A program made the translations under genes and the position numbers. From positions 10,595-74,594 of the forward strand of contig JAXDBC010000038.1 of the NCBI GenBank assembly GCA_034679225.1: a stretch of 64,000 nt of DNA, in the 5' to 3' direction. How positions within the stretch are numbered: the stretch's first letter is position 1; the number at the start of each line of letters is the position of its first letter. Origin of the DNA: Bacteroidales bacterium. GTDB lineage: Bacteria > Bacteroidota > Bacteroidia > Bacteroidales > VadinHA17. The notes beneath the pieces are model-generated. The model was not told the origin of the DNA. It was given only the letters and a program-made list of their open reading frames with translations, and ran no database searches. This document shows positions 51,284 to 61,574 of the stretch, in pieces.

Positions 51284-51709
51284 ATGAGTACTCTTCTTGA
51301 AAAACTTAATTACAAGGGGCAGAAAAGGATAGTAGTCATGAATTCCGGCAGGGATTTTATCCTGGGTTCAGACGATGAGATCAGGGGTATTCAGATCGAC
51401 AGTGAAATAGACCAGAGATTTCCCTACGAGTTCATGCTTATTTTTGTAAGGAAGATTACCGAAGTTAAAGCATTTGCCCCGCTTGCATTGCATAATCTAG
51501 TTGATAACGGAGTTTTATGGTTCTGTTATCAGAAGAGTTCCGGGAAATGCAGTTCGGAACTGAACCGGGAAAATGGCTGGAAGTCGCTGAATGACATGGA
51601 TTTCTATGGAACGAGAGTAATTTCGGTAAATGATGAGTGGTCGGCTCTCCGGTTCAGGAACATCAAGTATATCAAGTCAAAATCCGCGAGGTACCCGAAG
51701 AAGAAATAA
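51284..51709 (+). CDS. Hypothetical protein
   Basis: 141-aa ORF from the ATG at 51284, no recognisable motif. Confidence 0.55.
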   Translation: MSTLLEKLNYKGQKRIVVMNSGRDFILGSDDEIRGIQIDSEIDQRFPYEFMLIFVRKITEVKAFAPLALHNLVDNGVLWFCYQKSSGKCSSELNRENGWKSLNDMDFYGTRVISVNDEWSALRFRNIKYIKSKSARYPKKK

Positions 51710-51729
51710 GTCATTGAAAGGTCTGCATT

Positions 51730-52260
51730 ATGATCAGGACCATCACAATAGAGACGCCCCTTGGAGATATGGCAGCAGCTGCCATGAAAGAGGGCATATG
51801 TTTTCTTGAATTCACGAGCAGGCCTGCCCTGGAATCTGAAATCAACAAACTCGCGCTTGCTTTTAACGCGACAATCAAACCCGGCAGCAACAGGCATCTC
51901 AGGGCTCTCAGGAGACAGCTTAAGGAGTATTTCAGGGGAAAACGCAAGGAATTCACTCTTAAACTGGTAACCCCGGGTACCGACTTTCAGCGTGAGGTAT
52001 GGGAAACTCTTAAGAAGATCCCTTACGGAGAGACAATCTCGTACCTGGAACAGGCTAAAATGATGAACAATCCCGGGGCATTCAGAGCTGTCGCGGGTGC
52101 AAACGGATCAAACCGGATCGCCATTGTGATTCCATGTCACAGGGTAATCGGTTCCGACGGCGACATGGTTGGATATGGAGGCGGCCTCGACAAGAAGAAA
52201 TGGCTTATAGATCATGAAAGGAAATTTTCAGGGAAGCCTGTCAACGGCATCCTGTTCTGA
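51730..52260 (+). CDS. ogt: Methylated-DNA--protein-cysteine methyltransferase
   Basis: IPCHRVIGSDG active-site motif. Confidence 0.92.
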   Translation: MIRTITIETPLGDMAAAAMKEGICFLEFTSRPALESEINKLALAFNATIKPGSNRHLRALRRQLKEYFRGKRKEFTLKLVTPGTDFQREVWETLKKIPYGETISYLEQAKMMNNPGAFRAVAGANGSNRIAIVIPCHRVIGSDGDMVGYGGGLDKKKWLIDHERKFSGKPVNGILF

Positions 52261-52321
52261 GTGCCGGAAGCAAACAAAAAGACTGAAGGGTTTCCAGACG
52301 AATAAACCAACTATCTGTTTT

Positions 52322-52735
52322 ATGCTAAACATTATCAGGTATCCGACTATTGTCATAACAATCCTGTCCGCCTTTGTCACAGGTTTTTCAGGATGCTCCT
52401 CTTCCATGACAAGCCTGTCGGGAGAACCTTCCTCCTCCCGCGAACGGAAGGACCTTTACTATTTCCATTCGGGTGACAGCACCTGGATCGTCAGGCCTGT
52501 AACCGAAGCCGGAACCCATTTTGCAGGAATTATTTATAAAGCCGGAGATATCAGTAAAAACCCTCAGGTAAGGATCTATGCCGAACCACTCACGTCAGTA
52601 AAGGTTGAAAATGGCCGTCTAACTGTTCCTATGGAGAATATAATCAAGGTTGAGAACCACAGGATAGGTCCCGGAGTAATAATCGGATCCATCGGAGTTC
52701 TCGGCCTTTTGTTTTTATTACCTGCAATACTTTAA
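52322..52735 (+). CDS. Hypothetical lipoprotein with C-terminal hydrophobic anchor
   Basis: Lipobox FSGCSS from the ATG at 52322. The track ORF extends upstream into ogt. Confidence 0.55.
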   Translation: MLNIIRYPTIVITILSAFVTGFSGCSSSMTSLSGEPSSSRERKDLYYFHSGDSTWIVRPVTEAGTHFAGIIYKAGDISKNPQVRIYAEPLTSVKVENGRLTVPMENIIKVENHRIGPGVIIGSIGVLGLLFLLPAIL

Positions 52736-52767
52736 TATCCCGGGCCGGCTTCCGCGAAATGAAGGGA

Positions 52768-53388
52768 TTATACCTTACGTGATTTCCTCTTTTTAATCCC
52801 TTTCACCACCAAATAAGCCACAAACAGGATACCCAGCGCGATAAGTATTTTATCGATATAGGGGAATATCTTATCCTTCAGGTCGTAAATAAAATAGCCT
52901 GTCACGGCAAGGATAATGTTCCATATTCCCGCACCCAAGGTGGTATAGATAATAAAATCCCTCATATTCATTCTTGCCAGGCCTGCAGGTATTGAAATAA
53001 GCTGCCTGACTGCAGGAACGAGTCTTCCGATGAAAGTTGATGATTTACCGTTGCGGACAAAATACTCTTCAGCGTGGACCACTTTTTCCTTTGAAAGAAG
53101 CAGCATTTTCCCGAGGGTTGAATCTGCAAATCTGTAAACCAGCGGTCTGCCCAGATACAATGCCAGGTAATAGTTTACAACTGCTCCTGCAAGAGCTCCA
53201 ACCGTACCGGCCAGTACCACCAGAAAGACATTCAGTTCACCCTCGGCAGCCTTGTATGCTGCAAAAGGTATTACAACTTCCGAAGGAAAAGGTATGAATG
53301 AGCTTTCGATAGTCATCAGAAGCCCGATTGTAAAATAGTTCAGATTGACCATGTACCAATCAACCACGGTGTGAATCAAGTCCATCAT
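52768..53388 (-). CDS. DedA-family membrane protein
   Basis: 206 aa, GRLVPAVRQLISIPAG motif. Confidence 0.88.
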   Translation of the reverse strand: MMDLIHTVVDWYMVNLNYFTIGLLMTIESSFIPFPSEVVIPFAAYKAAEGELNVFLVVLAGTVGALAGAVVNYYLALYLGRPLVYRFADSTLGKMLLLSKEKVVHAEEYFVRNGKSSTFIGRLVPAVRQLISIPAGLARMNMRDFIIYTTLGAGIWNIILAVTGYFIYDLKDKIFPYIDKILIALGILFVAYLVVKGIKKRKSRKV

Positions 53389-55364
53389 CTTGTCTTAAAG
53401 TCTATGATTATTAAATTGACCGAGAGCGGTTCCATTGTTGCATCCACTCTCCTGCCGTTCATCCTGACCGGTGTTGTGACCGGTTTTATTATTTCGCCCC
53501 CGGAAACGGAATTAAAGTCCTCTTTATTTTCTGACTTGAGTATTTGCTGCACCGCGGATCTTGTATAGGGCATCCTTCCGAGGTCGAGTTGCACCGGAAC
53601 AGGCTTTTCATTTGCATTTACAATTTTCACATACAATTTTCCCTTATTCCTGTCGAGTGAAGCGCTTGCATAGATTCCGTCCCGGCCCGTGAGCGCCTTG
53701 CCTTCCGAGAGTGCCGGAACGATGTGGGTTCCACTGTAGTTTGAGAATAATTTCTGGACGTAATAGTTGGGACTTCCTATTACATTAAGGTTATCGAACC
53801 ATATCAGGTCGGGGCGCCACTGCCAGGCATCGACGTGGGCAAGAAGAGGCGCGTATGATGCCATATGAACCACATCGGCGTTTCGTTCAAGACCTGTCAT
53901 GAATGCTGCCTCGCACAAGGCGCTCCACCATGTATTCCTCGATTCCGGGTCGCTGTCTTCCTTCCCGTGGGCTGCATATTCCCCTGCAAAGACCTTGATA
54001 CCGCTCCTGTCGTAGTTGTCATACCTCGCGGCATTCTGAAGGAACCATTCGGGAGGCATGTAGTAATGTTCGTCAATCAGGTCGGGTGAAAGTTTGCTCA
54101 GTTCAGTCCAGCCGTACTCGAACATCCTGCCGGCAGCCGACGGACCTGAACCGGATATAATCTTGATTTCAGGATGCTTATCCTTGAGAACCTTTTCAAA
54201 CTCCCTGTATCTTTCAATATACTGCACATCCCATTGTTCATTACCTACTCCAATGTATTTAAGATTGAATTTTTCAGGATGTCCCATCTCAGCCCTTAAT
54301 CCTCCCCATCGGGTTGATGTTTCGCCATTGGCAAATTCAATAAGGTCGAGTGCATCCTGAATATAGATGTCAAGTTCTTCAAGAGGCACCACTTCAGCAG
54401 CATTGTACTGGCACGACATTCCGCAATTGACAATAGGCAGGGGTTCTGCGCCGATATCTTCTGCAAGAAGAAAATACTCATAGAATCCCAGTCCGAACGA
54501 CTGGAAGTAATCCGGAGCCTGGCGGTTTCTTATCTCAAGGTTCCAACGGTTCATTATCAATTTCCTGTCCTCAACTGGCCCGACTGTTGTTTTCCACTGG
54601 TAACGGTTCTCAATTGTCCTGCCCTCAACTATGCAGCCCCCAGGGAATCTCAGGAAACCGGGTTTAAGGTCAGCTATCATCCGGACTAAATCCTTCCGGA
54701 GTCCGTTTTCGCGTCCTTTCCAGGTATCCGCCGGAAACAGAGAGATCATGTCGAGGTCGATGGCTCCCTTACCTTCGAGAGTGATTCTCAGCAAGGCTTT
54801 GGGCTCGGTTTCAGAGGCTGCAAATGACACCTTATGATTTGTCCATTCAGTTGTAAAACCTGAAATCACTGCAGTTCCAATAATCTGACCGGAGGCGCTT
54901 AGGAGTTCCACCTTCATTATTAAGCCGGAGCTTTCATGAAGCCTTGCCTTAACTGAAAAGTTATACTGAGCATCTTTTCTTATACCCATTCCACGGAAGC
55001 CTTCGTTTGTAATTCCGAAGGAACCTGCGGCCGCATCGGGAAATATGCTTACGTAATGAGGGTTTCCTGGATTATATGGATAATAGAAGCCGGGGACTAT
55101 CCTTCCCGTTCCGTTCTGCTGCGACAACTGCCTCCAGCCGCTGAGCGGAAACTCAAATTCAAAGGAACGGTTCTTGACAAGTTCGGCATAAACACCGCCG
55201 TCGGCTGCAAAATTGATATCCTCAAAAAAAACACCCCACATGGTGGGCCGGATCTCAGCTCCGGGCTTGTCGGCCTGAACTGCAATCCGGAAGCTTTCCT
55301 GGGCTGTGCCTGTCAGTAAAGCCAGTATGAACATCAATAACAGGCAGGACAGAATTCTTCTCAT
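53385..55364 (-). CDS. GH51-type alpha-L-arabinofuranosidase
   Basis: GGVYAELVKNRSFEF, YIGVGNEQWD and FAGEYA motifs. Signal peptide from the ATG at 55364. Confidence 0.85.
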   Translation of the reverse strand: MRRILSCLLLMFILALLTGTAQESFRIAVQADKPGAEIRPTMWGVFFEDINFAADGGVYAELVKNRSFEFEFPLSGWRQLSQQNGTGRIVPGFYYPYNPGNPHYVSIFPDAAAGSFGITNEGFRGMGIRKDAQYNFSVKARLHESSGLIMKVELLSASGQIIGTAVISGFTTEWTNHKVSFAASETEPKALLRITLEGKGAIDLDMISLFPADTWKGRENGLRKDLVRMIADLKPGFLRFPGGCIVEGRTIENRYQWKTTVGPVEDRKLIMNRWNLEIRNRQAPDYFQSFGLGFYEYFLLAEDIGAEPLPIVNCGMSCQYNAAEVVPLEELDIYIQDALDLIEFANGETSTRWGGLRAEMGHPEKFNLKYIGVGNEQWDVQYIERYREFEKVLKDKHPEIKIISGSGPSAAGRMFEYGWTELSKLSPDLIDEHYYMPPEWFLQNAARYDNYDRSGIKVFAGEYAAHGKEDSDPESRNTWWSALCEAAFMTGLERNADVVHMASYAPLLAHVDAWQWRPDLIWFDNLNVIGSPNYYVQKLFSNYSGTHIVPALSEGKALTGRDGIYASASLDRNKGKLYVKIVNANEKPVPVQLDLGRMPYTRSAVQQILKSENKEDFNSVSGGEIIKPVTTPVRMNGRRVDATMEPLSVNLIIIDFKTR

Positions 55365-55502
55365 AACAGTCTGAATTATATTTTCACTGCAAATAATCGC
55401 GGCTAAAATAGCATATTTAAGCTTTGAACAGGTATTCCAGATCACGGATTTGCCGAAATGTCTCCGGGGCTGGCATTCTCAGAAAAACAACAAGCCGCGA
55501 AA

Positions 55503-57461
55503 CTATTCAGGAGCGGTCATCCTTCTGATCCGTCGCCCCACAGGCTGATCAATTGTTATAGGAACCTTCTCCTCGATGGTATTTACAGAATCGAGCTGAA
55601 GTGCCCTGACGTCCGAAATGCAGATTAGCCTCGAGAAGCTGTGAAGCGTCAGTGTCAGTGTATCAAGGTTTGACAATTTGTAATCGCGCGGCATAACCCT
55701 GTCTATCAGGGTAAACCTGAAGTCGGCGGGAATCTGATGCTTTTTCAGGGAGTCGTAACTGCTTTCCAGCTTTATTTCCCCAGATTCTGTCATATCTTCA
55801 AGAACCTCCCTGAAAAACAGATTGATTTTAGGTTCAACCTTGAAACCGATGTGGAAGTCGACCCTGATCAGTATCCCGGGGATTATGTGAGTCACCTTAT
55901 AATCCATCCTGTCGGGTTCATCTGTCTTGTCAACGTGAAGTAACCAGTATGTCTCCGCCCTCTTGGGCTGTTTAAGGAAAATGGAATGTATCACCTTTGA
56001 CTCAACCTGATCAATCCTGTTTGCCTTGATAATATAGACCAGGTTTGTAGCAGTTTTCGGAACTGACTCATCCATAGCCAGATCCCTGAACATATCGGTA
56101 TATTTGTTCAGGTTTGTAAAGGTCACATACCTGTTCTTCAGCTTTCTCCCGAAATACCATCCATACATGATCACGAAGAAAAACGAAGCTGCAAGGATAG
56201 TGAACCAGCCACCGTTTACAAATTTATGCAGGTTTGCTATCAGGAAGCTTCCCTCGATTGTCAGGTAGACCATCATAAGCAGCAGTATGAGCCTGTGGTT
56301 TACTCCCTTCTGCAACAGGTAATACGAGAGCAGGACAGTCGTCATCAATTCGGTAATTGTGATTGCCAGACCGTATGCTGCACTCATGTTATCCGACTTT
56401 TTGAAGGAAAGCACCACAATTGTGCAGGCGATCCATAGGAACCAGTTCACTACAGGGAGGTATACCTGTCCCTTTATTCTCGTTGGGTTCAGAACATTAA
56501 GCTTGGGCCAGAAGTTTAGTGAGATAGCCTCACTGACCAGGGTGAAAGATCCGCTTATTATAGCCTGGCTGGCAATTATAGCTGCTGCTGTTGCCAGTAT
56601 TATGCCGGGCAGAAGCAGCCAGCCCGGCATAATTTCAAAGAAAGGGTTTACATCGGATCCTTGTGTGTAATTCAGGATAAGCCATGCTCCCTGTCCGAAG
56701 TAATTAAGCAGCAGACAAAGTTTGACGTATATCCACGATACCCTTATATTGGACCTTCCGCAATGACCGAGATCGGCATACAGTGCTTCAGCTCCGGTTG
56801 TGCAAAGGAATACCGCACCCAGAAGTATGAATCCTCCGGGGTACTCCGTAAGAAACCTGCCGGCATAAACAGGATTTACCGCTTTAAGAATGAAAGGATG
56901 ATGGACCAGCTGGGATATCCCTATGGCTCCGAGCATAAAAAACCAGACCATCATTATCGGGCCGAAGTATGATCCGACAAGGTTTGTGCCGAACTGTTGT
57001 ATGAAAAACAGGGCTGCCAGTATCACTATCACAATTGGAACTACCGGAATATCGCTGTTTATCATACCTAATCCCTCAACAGCTGATGTAACTGTGATCG
57101 AAGGAGTGATCACACCGTCGGCAAGCAGTGCCGCCCCTCCGATCATGGTCAGTATGGCTGCCCATGATGACTTCTTTTTCAGAAGTGCAAAGAGTGCAAA
57201 GATACCTCCCTCGCCGTTGTTATCGGCTCTGAGTACGATAATGACGTACTTGATAGTAGTTGATAAGGTGAGCGTCCAGAAAATGCACGACAGGGAACCG
57301 TAAATAAGAAGTTCTGAAAAGTTTTCCCTTCCGCCTATCAGGACGGCCCTCATTGTATAAAGAGGACTTGTGCCCAGATCGCCGAACACTATCCCCATCG
57401 TAACAATAACTCCCAGAAGAGAGAGTTTTTTAATATCCGGACGCCTGACAGAGAAGCTCAT
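55503..57461 (-). CDS. kup: KUP/HAK/KT potassium transporter
   Basis: 652 aa, GDLGTSPLY and NGEGGIFAL motifs. Confidence 0.93.
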   Translation of the reverse strand: MSFSVRRPDIKKLSLLGVIVTMGIVFGDLGTSPLYTMRAVLIGGRENFSELLIYGSLSCIFWTLTLSTTIKYVIIVLRADNNGEGGIFALFALLKKKSSWAAILTMIGGAALLADGVITPSITVTSAVEGLGMINSDIPVVPIVIVILAALFFIQQFGTNLVGSYFGPIMMVWFFMLGAIGISQLVHHPFILKAVNPVYAGRFLTEYPGGFILLGAVFLCTTGAEALYADLGHCGRSNIRVSWIYVKLCLLLNYFGQGAWLILNYTQGSDVNPFFEIMPGWLLLPGIILATAAAIIASQAIISGSFTLVSEAISLNFWPKLNVLNPTRIKGQVYLPVVNWFLWIACTIVVLSFKKSDNMSAAYGLAITITELMTTVLLSYYLLQKGVNHRLILLLMMVYLTIEGSFLIANLHKFVNGGWFTILAASFFFVIMYGWYFGRKLKNRYVTFTNLNKYTDMFRDLAMDESVPKTATNLVYIIKANRIDQVESKVIHSIFLKQPKRAETYWLLHVDKTDEPDRMDYKVTHIIPGILIRVDFHIGFKVEPKINLFFREVLEDMTESGEIKLESSYDSLKKHQIPADFRFTLIDRVMPRDYKLSNLDTLTLTLHSFSRLICISDVRALQLDSVNTIEEKVPITIDQPVGRRIRRMTAPE

Positions 57462-57551
57462 GGATTAAGTAATCAGTATTTGGTTCACGCGAATAAAGCC
57501 GGCAAATTTAATAATTCTTATTTTTACCTATTCTTTATTCAGGATTATTTT

Positions 57552-58685
57552 ATGTTGAGAAAATTTTTGCTCATTATCTGCCTGGCACCGGCTGCATTAA
57601 TGCTTGCCGCCCAGGAGGACAGTGTTAACATCAGCCATCTCTCCCTCCTTTTCATTGGTGACATTATGGGGCATGATGAGCAGATTGCTTCGGCATTTAA
57701 TCCCGGGACCGGCAATTATGAATATGATGATGTTTTCAGCTATGTAAGGGATGAGATATCCGAATCCGATATAGCTATTGCCAATCTGGAAGTCACCTTA
57801 GGCGGAACTCCCTACAAGGGTTATCCGGCTTTCAGTTCTCCGGCTTCTCTTGCAGCGGCCTGCAGTAACGCGGGGATTGATGTTCTGGTTACAGCCAACA
57901 ATCACTCGGTCGACAGGGGCAGGAAAGGGATCCTCAGCACCATTCAGCGGCTCGACAGCCTGGGCATAATGCATACAGGCACATTTGCCGACAGTGCCGC
58001 GAGGGACAGCCTCAGTCCGTTAATTATTAAAAAGAACGGCATCTCTGTCGCAATTCTGAACTATACATATGGAACCAACGGGCTTAAAGTGCCGGCACCT
58101 ACAATAGTAAACATGCTCGATACTTCAGTTATAAGCTCCGATATTAAAAAGGCCCTTGCCCTCAATGCCGATGTTATAATCCCCTTCGTACACTGGGGTA
58201 TAGAATATGATACACTGCCGTCGGCCGAACAGAAAAGGCTGGCACGCTTTTTTTTCAGCAAGGGAGCCGATCTGATTATCGGTTCTCATCCCCATGTACT
58301 TCAGCAGATGGAATGGACCCCGGCTGATTCGAGCCGTGGCGACAGTCTTGTTGTATATTCACTTGGCAATTTTGTCTCGAACCAGCGAACCATAAGAAGG
58401 GACGGAGGGGCGATGGTGAGGATTGAACTTGAAAAACCGGATAGCCTCACCAGGGTTTCACGTGCAGGTTACTATCTCACCTGGGTTTACACTCCTGTTG
58501 AGAACGGCAGGAAAAAGTTTTATGTACTCCCTTGTTCGGTATACGAAAACAGGCCGGAACACTTTCCCCGACCAACGGATTATCAGAAAATGAAGCTTTT
58601 CATACGTAATTCCCGGAGACTGCTCAACACATTGAATACGGGGATCGGGGAGATTATTTGCACGGAAGAAGGCTGGGTATATTGA
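57552..58685 (+). CDS. CapA-family (PGA_cap) metallophosphatase-like protein
   Basis: Signal peptide from the ATG at 57552, GDIMGHD, ANNHSVD, GSHPHV motifs. Confidence 0.8.
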   Translation: MLRKFLLIICLAPAALMLAAQEDSVNISHLSLLFIGDIMGHDEQIASAFNPGTGNYEYDDVFSYVRDEISESDIAIANLEVTLGGTPYKGYPAFSSPASLAAACSNAGIDVLVTANNHSVDRGRKGILSTIQRLDSLGIMHTGTFADSAARDSLSPLIIKKNGISVAILNYTYGTNGLKVPAPTIVNMLDTSVISSDIKKALALNADVIIPFVHWGIEYDTLPSAEQKRLARFFFSKGADLIIGSHPHVLQQMEWTPADSSRGDSLVVYSLGNFVSNQRTIRRDGGAMVRIELEKPDSLTRVSRAGYYLTWVYTPVENGRKKFYVLPCSVYENRPEHFPRPTDYQKMKLFIRNSRRLLNTLNTGIGEIICTEEGWVY

Positions 58686-58744
58686 ATTAATTCCTATCAT
58701 TGTAGCTTTAAGCGAAAATAAGCGGGCTGTAATATATTTGATTT

Positions 58745-59455
58745 ATGGAAAACTCCATCGCTTTACTGTCGGCAACAGCAATAACGCTGGGTTTCGTTCA
58801 CACAATACTCGGGCCCGATCATTACCTTCCTTTCATAGTGCTGAGCGAGGCGCGAAAATGGAGTCTCAGGAAAACGATGCTGATCACATTCCTGTGCGGG
58901 CTGGGGCATGTTTTTAGTTCGGTTGTGCTGGGATTAGCCGGGATAGCCATCGGCATCTCGGTCAATCGTCTCGTATCGCTAGAGTCGTTCAGGGGTGATA
59001 TCGCGGCCTGGCTTTTCATTGCATTCGGGCTTGTATACACGGTTATCAGTATCAGGAACCTGTACCGCCGTAAAAAGCATTCCCATCCTCACTTTCATGC
59101 AGACGGTGTAAGCCATGTTCATGAACACGACCATTTTTCCGATCACAGTCATGTTCATGAGTCGTCTGCTGCCAGGACCACACCATGGATCCTTTTCCTG
59201 ATTTTCGCATTCGGTCCCTGCGAACCTCTGATCCCGGTTCTTATGTACCCGGCAGCCAGTAACAATATACCGGGCGCTGTGCTTGTTGCTCTTCTTTTCT
59301 CGATAGTCACCATCGCCACCATGATGGCTGTTGTGCTTGCCTTCAAGCTGGGCTTCAGCAAAATAAATCTTAAGCCTGTTGAAAAGTACAGCAACGTGAT
59401 TGCCGGAGCCATGATATTGTTATCGGGGTTAGGTATAAAGTTTCTGGGGCTCTAG
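58745..59455 (+). CDS. Metal-transporter-like membrane protein with His-rich loop (NicO/RcnA-like)
   Basis: Six hydrophobic helices, GPDH motif in TM1, loop HSHPHFHADGVSHVHEHDHFSDHSHVH. Confidence 0.55.
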   Translation: MENSIALLSATAITLGFVHTILGPDHYLPFIVLSEARKWSLRKTMLITFLCGLGHVFSSVVLGLAGIAIGISVNRLVSLESFRGDIAAWLFIAFGLVYTVISIRNLYRRKKHSHPHFHADGVSHVHEHDHFSDHSHVHESSAARTTPWILFLIFAFGPCEPLIPVLMYPAASNNIPGAVLVALLFSIVTIATMMAVVLAFKLGFSKINLKPVEKYSNVIAGAMILLSGLGIKFLGL

Positions 59456-59460
59456 CCTAT

Positions 59461-59558
59461 GAACACTAAACGCTTCGAACCTTGAACTTGAACAGCTAGC
59501 CGCTAGCCGCACGCCGCGTGCCGTTCAACTTTTAACTTAACCCCGAACCCCGAATCTA
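59461..59558. repeat. Drifting heptad mosaic (14 units)
   Basis: gaacact aaacgct tcgaacc ttgaact tgaacag ctagccg ctagccg cacgccg cgtgccg ttcaact tttaact taacccc gaacccc gaatcta. Confidence 0.8.
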
Positions 59559-59622
59559 TTATGATTCTTAGTTATCAGACTTTCTATATATTTTATTAGT
59601 TTTGCATAAAACTGATGTCCTG

Positions 59623-60270
59623 ATGAATTACGATTACAATACACAACGGAAAAGCATGACATTGCCTGAATATGGAAGGAATGTCCAGAAGATGGTTGAT
59701 CACATAAAGACCATTGAAGACAGGGAGGAACGGAACCGTGCTGCAAAGACCATAATTCAGATTATGGGGAATCTGAATCCCCAGATCCGGGATACAGGTG
59801 ACTTCAAGCACAAGTTATGGGATCACCTTGCTATCATTGCTGATTTCAACCTCGACATCGATTCGCCCTATCCTCCTCCGGAACGCGAGAAATTCATTGA
59901 GAAGCCCCTGCAGGTACCCTATCCTCAGGGTGACATACGTTTTCTTCACTACGGAAGGATCATTGAGCTGATGATAGAAGCAGCCATAGAGATGGAAGAA
60001 GGCAAGGAAAAGGAATATCTCACCAATCTGATCGTGAACCAGATGAAGAAATCATACATTACCTGGAACCGCGGCCAGGTAAGTGATGAGGTGATCATAA
60101 GCGATCTCAAATTCCTTTCGCGCGGAAATCTGAAAATAACCGAAGGCATCAGGATTCTCGAGGTCAAGGAACTCATCCCTCCTGTCAAGAAGAAGCCTCT
60201 GACGGGCAAGTCGCAGGGTAACAGGCAGAACAAGCCTTTCAACAGGAAGAAAATGCATAACCGCCATTAA
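59623..60270 (+). CDS. DUF4290-like protein (conserved neighbour of murA in Bacteroidota, by recollection)
   Basis: MNYDYNTQRKSMTLPEYGRNVQKMV from the ATG at 59623. Its stop overlaps the murA start. Confidence 0.7.
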   Translation: MNYDYNTQRKSMTLPEYGRNVQKMVDHIKTIEDREERNRAAKTIIQIMGNLNPQIRDTGDFKHKLWDHLAIIADFNLDIDSPYPPPEREKFIEKPLQVPYPQGDIRFLHYGRIIELMIEAAIEMEEGKEKEYLTNLIVNQMKKSYITWNRGQVSDEVIISDLKFLSRGNLKITEGIRILEVKELIPPVKKKPLTGKSQGNRQNKPFNRKKMHNRH

Positions 60271-61574
60271 TGGGCAGTTTTATAGTAGAGGGAGGCAAGC
60301 CGCTCAGGGGTGAGATAATCCCCCAGGGTGCAAAGAATGAAGCCCTGCAGGTAATCTGTGCCACTCTTCTTACCGATGAAAAAGTAACTATTTCCAATAT
60401 ACCTGATATCAGTGACGTAAACAAGCTGATAGAGTTGATAAGCTGTCTTGGCGTCAGAATCTCAAGAGAATCAGGATCAGCTATAAGCTTTGAGGCTGTC
60501 GACATCAACCTTGATTATCTTCAGACAGCTCATTTCAGGGCCCTTAGTTCGAGCATCAGGGGGTCGATAATGATAGTGGGGCCACTGCTCGCGCGTTTTG
60601 GCCGTGCTTTTATTCCGAAGCCCGGCGGCGACAAGATTGGCCGCAGAAGAGTTGACACTCATTTCACGGGTTTCATGAAGCTTGGGGCCTTATTCGAATT
60701 CGATACCGCCGATCCGTTTTACAGGGTCAGTGCCGGTTCACTTACAGGATGCTACATACATCTTGATGAGGCATCAGTGACGGGAACGGCAAACATTATA
60801 ATGGCAGCGGCGCTGGCAAAGGGAAGGACCACGATATACAATGCGGCATGCGAACCCTACATACAGCAGCTCTGCCGGATGCTGGTGTTGATGGGAGCAC
60901 GGATAGAAGGGATCGGATCGAACCTTCTTCATATCGACGGCACATCGCGTCTTGGAGGCTGCCGCCATTCCATACTTCCCGACATGATCGAAATAGGATC
61001 CTTCATCGGTCTTGCAGCCATGATCGGATCAGGAATCACCGTCAGAAATGTGTCATACGAAAACCTCGGGATAATACCCGATTCCTTCCGCCGTCTGGGC
61101 ATACAGATTGAAAGGATTGACGACGACATTTACATACCGGAACACGACCACTATGAGATCGAGACTTTTATCGACGGCTCGATAATGACCATAGCTGATG
61201 CCATCTGGCCCGGACTGACTCCCGACTTGCTCAGCGTCTTCCTGGTCACAGCTACCCAGGCAAAGGGAGCCGTGCTGATACATCAGAAAATGTTCGAAAG
61301 CAGGTTGTTCTTTGTCGACAAGCTTATCGACATGGGAGCTCAGATCATCCTTTGCGATCCTCACAGGGCAACAGTTATCGGTCTCGACAAGATGATCAGG
61401 CTGAGAGGAACAACCATGTCGTCGCCCGACATCAGGGCAGGCGTTGCCCTTCTTATCGCCGCGCTGTCGGCCGAAGGCAAAAGCGTTATTCACAATATTG
61501 AGCAGATCGACCGGGGTTACCAGGAGATAGATACCCGTCTGAATGCCCTAGGGGCATCAATAACAAGGAGCTGA
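60270..61574 (+). CDS. murA: UDP-N-acetylglucosamine 1-carboxyvinyltransferase
   Basis: 434 aa, GAKNEALQ, KPGGDKIGRRRVDTH and GASIT C-terminus. Confidence 0.95.
   Translation: MGSFIVEGGKPLRGEIIPQGAKNEALQVICATLLTDEKVTISNIPDISDVNKLIELISCLGVRISRESGSAISFEAVDINLDYLQTAHFRALSSSIRGSIMIVGPLLARFGRAFIPKPGGDKIGRRRVDTHFTGFMKLGALFEFDTADPFYRVSAGSLTGCYIHLDEASVTGTANIIMAAALAKGRTTIYNAACEPYIQQLCRMLVLMGARIEGIGSNLLHIDGTSRLGGCRHSILPDMIEIGSFIGLAAMIGSGITVRNVSYENLGIIPDSFRRLGIQIERIDDDIYIPEHDHYEIETFIDGSIMTIADAIWPGLTPDLLSVFLVTATQAKGAVLIHQKMFESRLFFVDKLIDMGAQIILCDPHRATVIGLDKMIRLRGTTMSSPDIRAGVALLIAALSAEGKSVIHNIEQIDRGYQEIDTRLNALGASITRS

Noticed and set aside
52214-52321. Upstream extension of the 52322 lipoprotein ORF overlapping ogt, and similar TTG/GTG-extended starts at 16684, 22197, 33361, 40036, 51251, 55445, 57480 and 59602
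   Set aside because: In each case an internal ATG is followed by a signal peptide, lipobox or conserved N-terminus. The extensions overlap neighbouring genes or promoters.
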